Positions 35,195-38,213 of a stretch of 38,213 nt of DNA are shown here, piece by piece. This stretch comes from Deltaproteobacteria bacterium. GTDB lineage: Bacteria; Myxococcota_A; UBA9042; DTJE01. The DNA is taken from positions 1-38,213 of the forward strand of contig JADHTP010000003.1 of NCBI GenBank assembly GCA_016784945.1, read 5' to 3'. The notes beneath the pieces were generated by a model. That model made no database searches, was not told the origin of the DNA, and worked only from the letters and a program-made list of their open reading frames with translations. Within the stretch, counting starts at the first letter, position 1; every line of letters begins with the position of its first letter. The position numbers were made by a program, and so were the translations under genes.

Positions 35195-36418
35195 ATGCTG
35201 GTTCCGAGCATCGACTTGATGGACGGCAAGGCGGTCCAGCTCAAACACGGAAAGGAGAAGGTCCTGGAAAGAACCGATGTGCTGGAACTGGCCGAGCGGT
35301 TCGGGCGCGTGGGCGAAATCGCCGTGGTGGACCTGGACGCCGCCATGGAGAAGGGTGACAACGAGGAACTGATCCGGAAGATCGTCCGCGTGGCGGCCTG
35401 CCGGGTGGGCGGCGGAATCCGGACGGAAGACCACGCACGACGCCTGCTCCGGGCCGGGGCACACCGAGTGATCATCGGGACGGCGGCGTCCCGGGAGTTC
35501 CTGTCCCGCCTGCCCCGCCACCGGGTCATCGTGGCCCTGGATTCCATCAAGGGCGACGTGGTCACGGAAGGCTGGACCCGGTCCACGGGCAAGACACCCG
35601 TGGAACAGATGCAGATCCTCGCTCCCCATTGCAACGGGTTCCTGTGCACCTTCGTGGAAACAGAGGGGACCATGGAAGGAATCCCCATGGAACGGGTGAA
35701 AGAACTGGCCTCCGCCACCAAGCTGCCCCTCACCGTGGCCGGGGGCGTGAAGGGTCTGGACGAAGTGGTGGCCATCGACAAGGAGGGCGTGGACGTTCAG
35801 GTGGGCATGGCAATCTACACGGGCGCCATGGACGTGTCCGACGCCTTCGTGTCCTGCGTGGACTTTTCCAAGGGGCTGGTCCCCACGGTGGTCCAGGACG
35901 GGAACGGTCAGGTCCTGATACTGGCCTATTCCAGCCCCGAGTCCCTCAAGCAGGCCATTGAAACGGGCCGTGGCACCTATTACTCCCGGTCCAGGGAATC
36001 CCTGTGGGTCAAGGGCGAAACGTCGGGCAATACCCAGGGCCTGGTCCGGGTCATGGCCGACTGCGACCGGGACGCTCTCCTGTTCGTGGTGGATCAGAAG
36101 GGGATGGCCTGCCACCGGGGCACCTATTCGTGCTTTGACGGGGGTGAAAAGCAGTTCAACCTCGGGACTCTCTTCGACGTGATCATGGAGCGACGGCAGA
36201 GTCCCCGGCCCGGTTCCTACACGTCCTTCCTGTTCGAGAAAGATGACCGCATCCCCCGCAAGCTCAACGAAGAGGTGTACGAACTGCTGACGGCCCAGAG
36301 CCACGACGACGTGGTCTGGGAGGCGGCGGACGTGCTGTACTTCATGCTGACCTACGCGGCGAAACGCGGGGTTGCCCTGGAAGAAATCGTGGTGGAGCTG
36401 CGGGGCAGGGAACGATGA
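35195..36418 (+). CDS. hisA/hisIE: Trifunctional HisA-like isomerase + phosphoribosyl-AMP cyclohydrolase (HisI) + phosphoribosyl-ATP pyrophosphatase (HisE) fusion
   Basis: PSIDL.DGKAVQL, VDLD, VGGGIR and AGGV (HisA); GLVP.VVQD, YYSRSR..LW.KGETSG, DCDRD and ACHRG..SCF (HisI); GSYT..L, KL.EE and WEAAD (HisE). Confidence 0.9.
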   Translation: MLVPSIDLMDGKAVQLKHGKEKVLERTDVLELAERFGRVGEIAVVDLDAAMEKGDNEELIRKIVRVAACRVGGGIRTEDHARRLLRAGAHRVIIGTAASREFLSRLPRHRVIVALDSIKGDVVTEGWTRSTGKTPVEQMQILAPHCNGFLCTFVETEGTMEGIPMERVKELASATKLPLTVAGGVKGLDEVVAIDKEGVDVQVGMAIYTGAMDVSDAFVSCVDFSKGLVPTVVQDGNGQVLILAYSSPESLKQAIETGRGTYYSRSRESLWVKGETSGNTQGLVRVMADCDRDALLFVVDQKGMACHRGTYSCFDGGEKQFNLGTLFDVIMERRQSPRPGSYTSFLFEKDDRIPRKLNEEVYELLTAQSHDDVVWEAADVLYFMLTYAAKRGVALEEIVVELRGRER

Positions 36419-36619
36419 AGCGCGTGCACTACAGCGAACTGAACGCCGGGTTGCTGGCCCCCGCGAAGCCCGACCCGGACGTGTCAAAGGCCGTGATGGC
36501 CATTTTCGACACCGTGGAATCCGAAGGGGACGACGCGGTCCGGCGATACGCCGGGAGTCTGGACGGCCCGGGCCGAGGGTCTTTTCGGCTACGAAGCCGC
36601 GGCCAGGCGTCGCCAGTAG
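36415..36619 (+). pseudogene. hisD: Histidinol dehydrogenase remnant (N- and C-termini joined by a large deletion)
   Basis: The N-terminus V..I.D.V..EGDDAVRRY...LDG runs to ~36569. A shifted frame from 36566 reads ARAEGLFGYEAAARRRQ* (TAG 36617-36619), resembling the HisD end (AEGLxAHAxAxxxR). Confidence 0.7.
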
Positions 36620-36655
36620 TCCGGCAGGAGAATCCAGAAAACTGAGGGTTGGCGT

Positions 36656-37594
36656 CTAACGACGGCCGTACCTGGTGCGCAACACCAGGGCCGCCACGAC
36701 CCAGGTGAGGAACAGCCACGGTAGGCCGCTCATGGGGCGGGGACCGGCGGTGCATCCGATGTCGCCACCGTCACCGGCTGCCGCCTTTTCTTCGGGGGCG
36801 GGGGACGTGGGGTCCTGGGGGCTCCCTGTGCCGTCGTTCTGGGAACCGCCCAGGCTGGCAAAGGCACTGTCCGGCGAGGATTCGGACCCCTGGTAGCCCG
36901 CACCGGACCAGCCGCCGGGAAGGCAGGCCTTATCGCCCGGGTCGTCGCATTCACAGGGCGGGCAGTCGCATTCTGGGACCTCGGGACAGTCGTCGTCGGC
37001 GGGACAGACCATCCCCGTGCACACGCACGGGGCGCATCCGCAGGGGACGGGGATCGCCTCGCACTCCCATCCGTCCGGGCAGTCGGACACGTCTTCACAG
37101 GCCTGCTGGGCGGGCATGCACCAGGCACCATCCACTTCGCACTGCTCCTGGAAGTCGTCTGGATTGCAGTCACATTCGATGACTTCAGGGCAATCGCAGG
37201 GCGGGCACTCGACGTCCGGTGGGCAGGTGGGACAGGCGCAGGCCGAGCAGGCGCATCCCGACCCCTGGCAGGATTCTACTTCCACGCATTCGAACCCGGC
37301 CTCACAGTCGTCGTCCTTGGTGCATTCCACCGGGTCGTACCGGCACATCTTTACCGTCTTGGTTTCACAGGGTTCGGGTTCGGGACAGGGGTCGCACTGG
37401 CACGGCGGGCACTCTCCTTCCGGGGGACAGAGGCAGGGGCAGGGCGGGCAGTCCGGCGCCGTGGCGCAGGGCAAGGTGACCTCTTCACACTGGAATCCGT
37501 AGGGGCAGTCCGCGTCAACGGTGCAATCGTCATCGGCCATGGCCGTCATCGGCACCGCCATCAGCAGGGCCGTCATGAACACCCGGATCTTCAT
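36656..37594 (-). CDS. Secreted ultra-Cys-rich protein with MYXO-CTERM-like sorting tail
   Basis: Signal peptide (…TAMA|DD) and 45 Cys by my count. A Ser/Pro/Gly linker leads to GC, a hydrophobic helix and RTRYGRR; GGAGG RBS. Confidence 0.8.
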   Translation of the reverse strand: MKIRVFMTALLMAVPMTAMADDDCTVDADCPYGFQCEEVTLPCATAPDCPPCPCLCPPEGECPPCQCDPCPEPEPCETKTVKMCRYDPVECTKDDDCEAGFECVEVESCQGSGCACSACACPTCPPDVECPPCDCPEVIECDCNPDDFQEQCEVDGAWCMPAQQACEDVSDCPDGWECEAIPVPCGCAPCVCTGMVCPADDDCPEVPECDCPPCECDDPGDKACLPGGWSGAGYQGSESSPDSAFASLGGSQNDGTGSPQDPTSPAPEEKAAAGDGGDIGCTAGPRPMSGLPWLFLTWVVAALVLRTRYGRR

Positions 37595-37606
37595 AGGACA
37601 CCTCCC

Positions 37607-38164
37607 TTATTCCAGGTCCGCCGTCAGCATGGCTTCCACCGCAATACTAACGAATTCTTCCTGGGTCAGCCCCAGACCCTCGAACTGGCCGATCCGCTCA
37701 CGGCTGATCTTGGCGGCGAATCGCCTTTCCTTGATGCGTTTCCGCACGGATTTTGGTTTCACGTCCGCCAGCTTCTTCGATGGCAGGATCAGGGCGGTCG
37801 CGAACACCAGTCCCGAGATGGATTCGCCGGCGGTCAACGCGAATTCTAGGGGGGTCTTGCAGGGGATGCCCAGTTCGTCGCCGTTGTGGGACAGGATGGC
37901 GTCCAGGCCTTCTTTGGGGTAGTCCAGGTCGTTGAGGATCGCCACGGTCCGGAGTCCGTGGAGTTTCGGATCACCGTCCACCAGTTCCAGGTCCAGGTCA
38001 TGGAGCAGGCCGGTGATCCCCCACAACTCTTCGTCGTGTTCCAGTCGGTGTGCCAATCCCCGCAGGATGGCCTCGGAGGCCAGGCAGTGCTTGCGCGTGT
38101 AATCGACCTTCAGGTACCTGTTCAGGAGCGTAACGGCTTCGTCGCGCGTGGGCAGTCTGGACAT
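37607..38164 (-). CDS. HD-domain (HDIG-like) metal-dependent phosphohydrolase
   Basis: KHCLASE, WGITGLLHDLD, HG, AILSH and KSVRKRIKE..FA motifs; GGAGG RBS. Confidence 0.88.
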   Translation of the reverse strand: MSRLPTRDEAVTLLNRYLKVDYTRKHCLASEAILRGLAHRLEHDEELWGITGLLHDLDLELVDGDPKLHGLRTVAILNDLDYPKEGLDAILSHNGDELGIPCKTPLEFALTAGESISGLVFATALILPSKKLADVKPKSVRKRIKERRFAAKISRERIGQFEGLGLTQEEFVSIAVEAMLTADLE

Positions 38165-38213
38165 GGCGGCCTCCTCGTGCGGTCAAGTCTATCACAGCGA
38201 TCCCGGGGGGCGC

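Overview
This is a GC-rich bacterial window. It looks Myxococcota/deltaproteobacterial, inferred from its many Cys-rich lipoproteins, a MYXO-CTERM-like tail and a membrane sulfatase-like protein with a DGDG/CDD metal repeat. Most genes encode envelope or secreted functions: an atypical Ser/Thr kinase, CapK/PaaK-like ligase, outer-membrane beta-barrel, NhaC, acyltransferase, C1 peptidase, a thioester-type alpha-2-macroglobulin, a sulfatase-like enzyme, ThiD and an HD protein. It also holds a four-gene operon (amidohydrolase, HHxxxD acyltransferase, lipoprotein alpha/beta-hydrolase, MMPL exporter) that may be an undescribed lipid or small-molecule acylation and export system. Four things stand out beyond the gene list. 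(1) The histidine operon appears to have collapsed through repeated internal deletions, giving an in-frame hisG/hisF mosaic and a hisD reduced to its two ends, while a HisA-HisI-HisE fusion between them is intact. A similar internal deletion is seen in yhhN, and rfbB and a second MMPL gene are also degraded. (2) There are two tiny non-autonomous mobile elements: a 159-bp MITE inserted into a CTAG that supplies the stop codons of two convergent genes, and a 68-bp ISAs1-like remnant with a perfect 10-bp target duplication. (3) A family of intergenic heptamer tandem repeats recurs across the window. (4) A TIL-type protease-inhibitor-like module lies directly behind the alpha-2-macroglobulin. No rRNA, tRNA or CRISPR array was seen. 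All assignments come from motif reading; no database searches were run.
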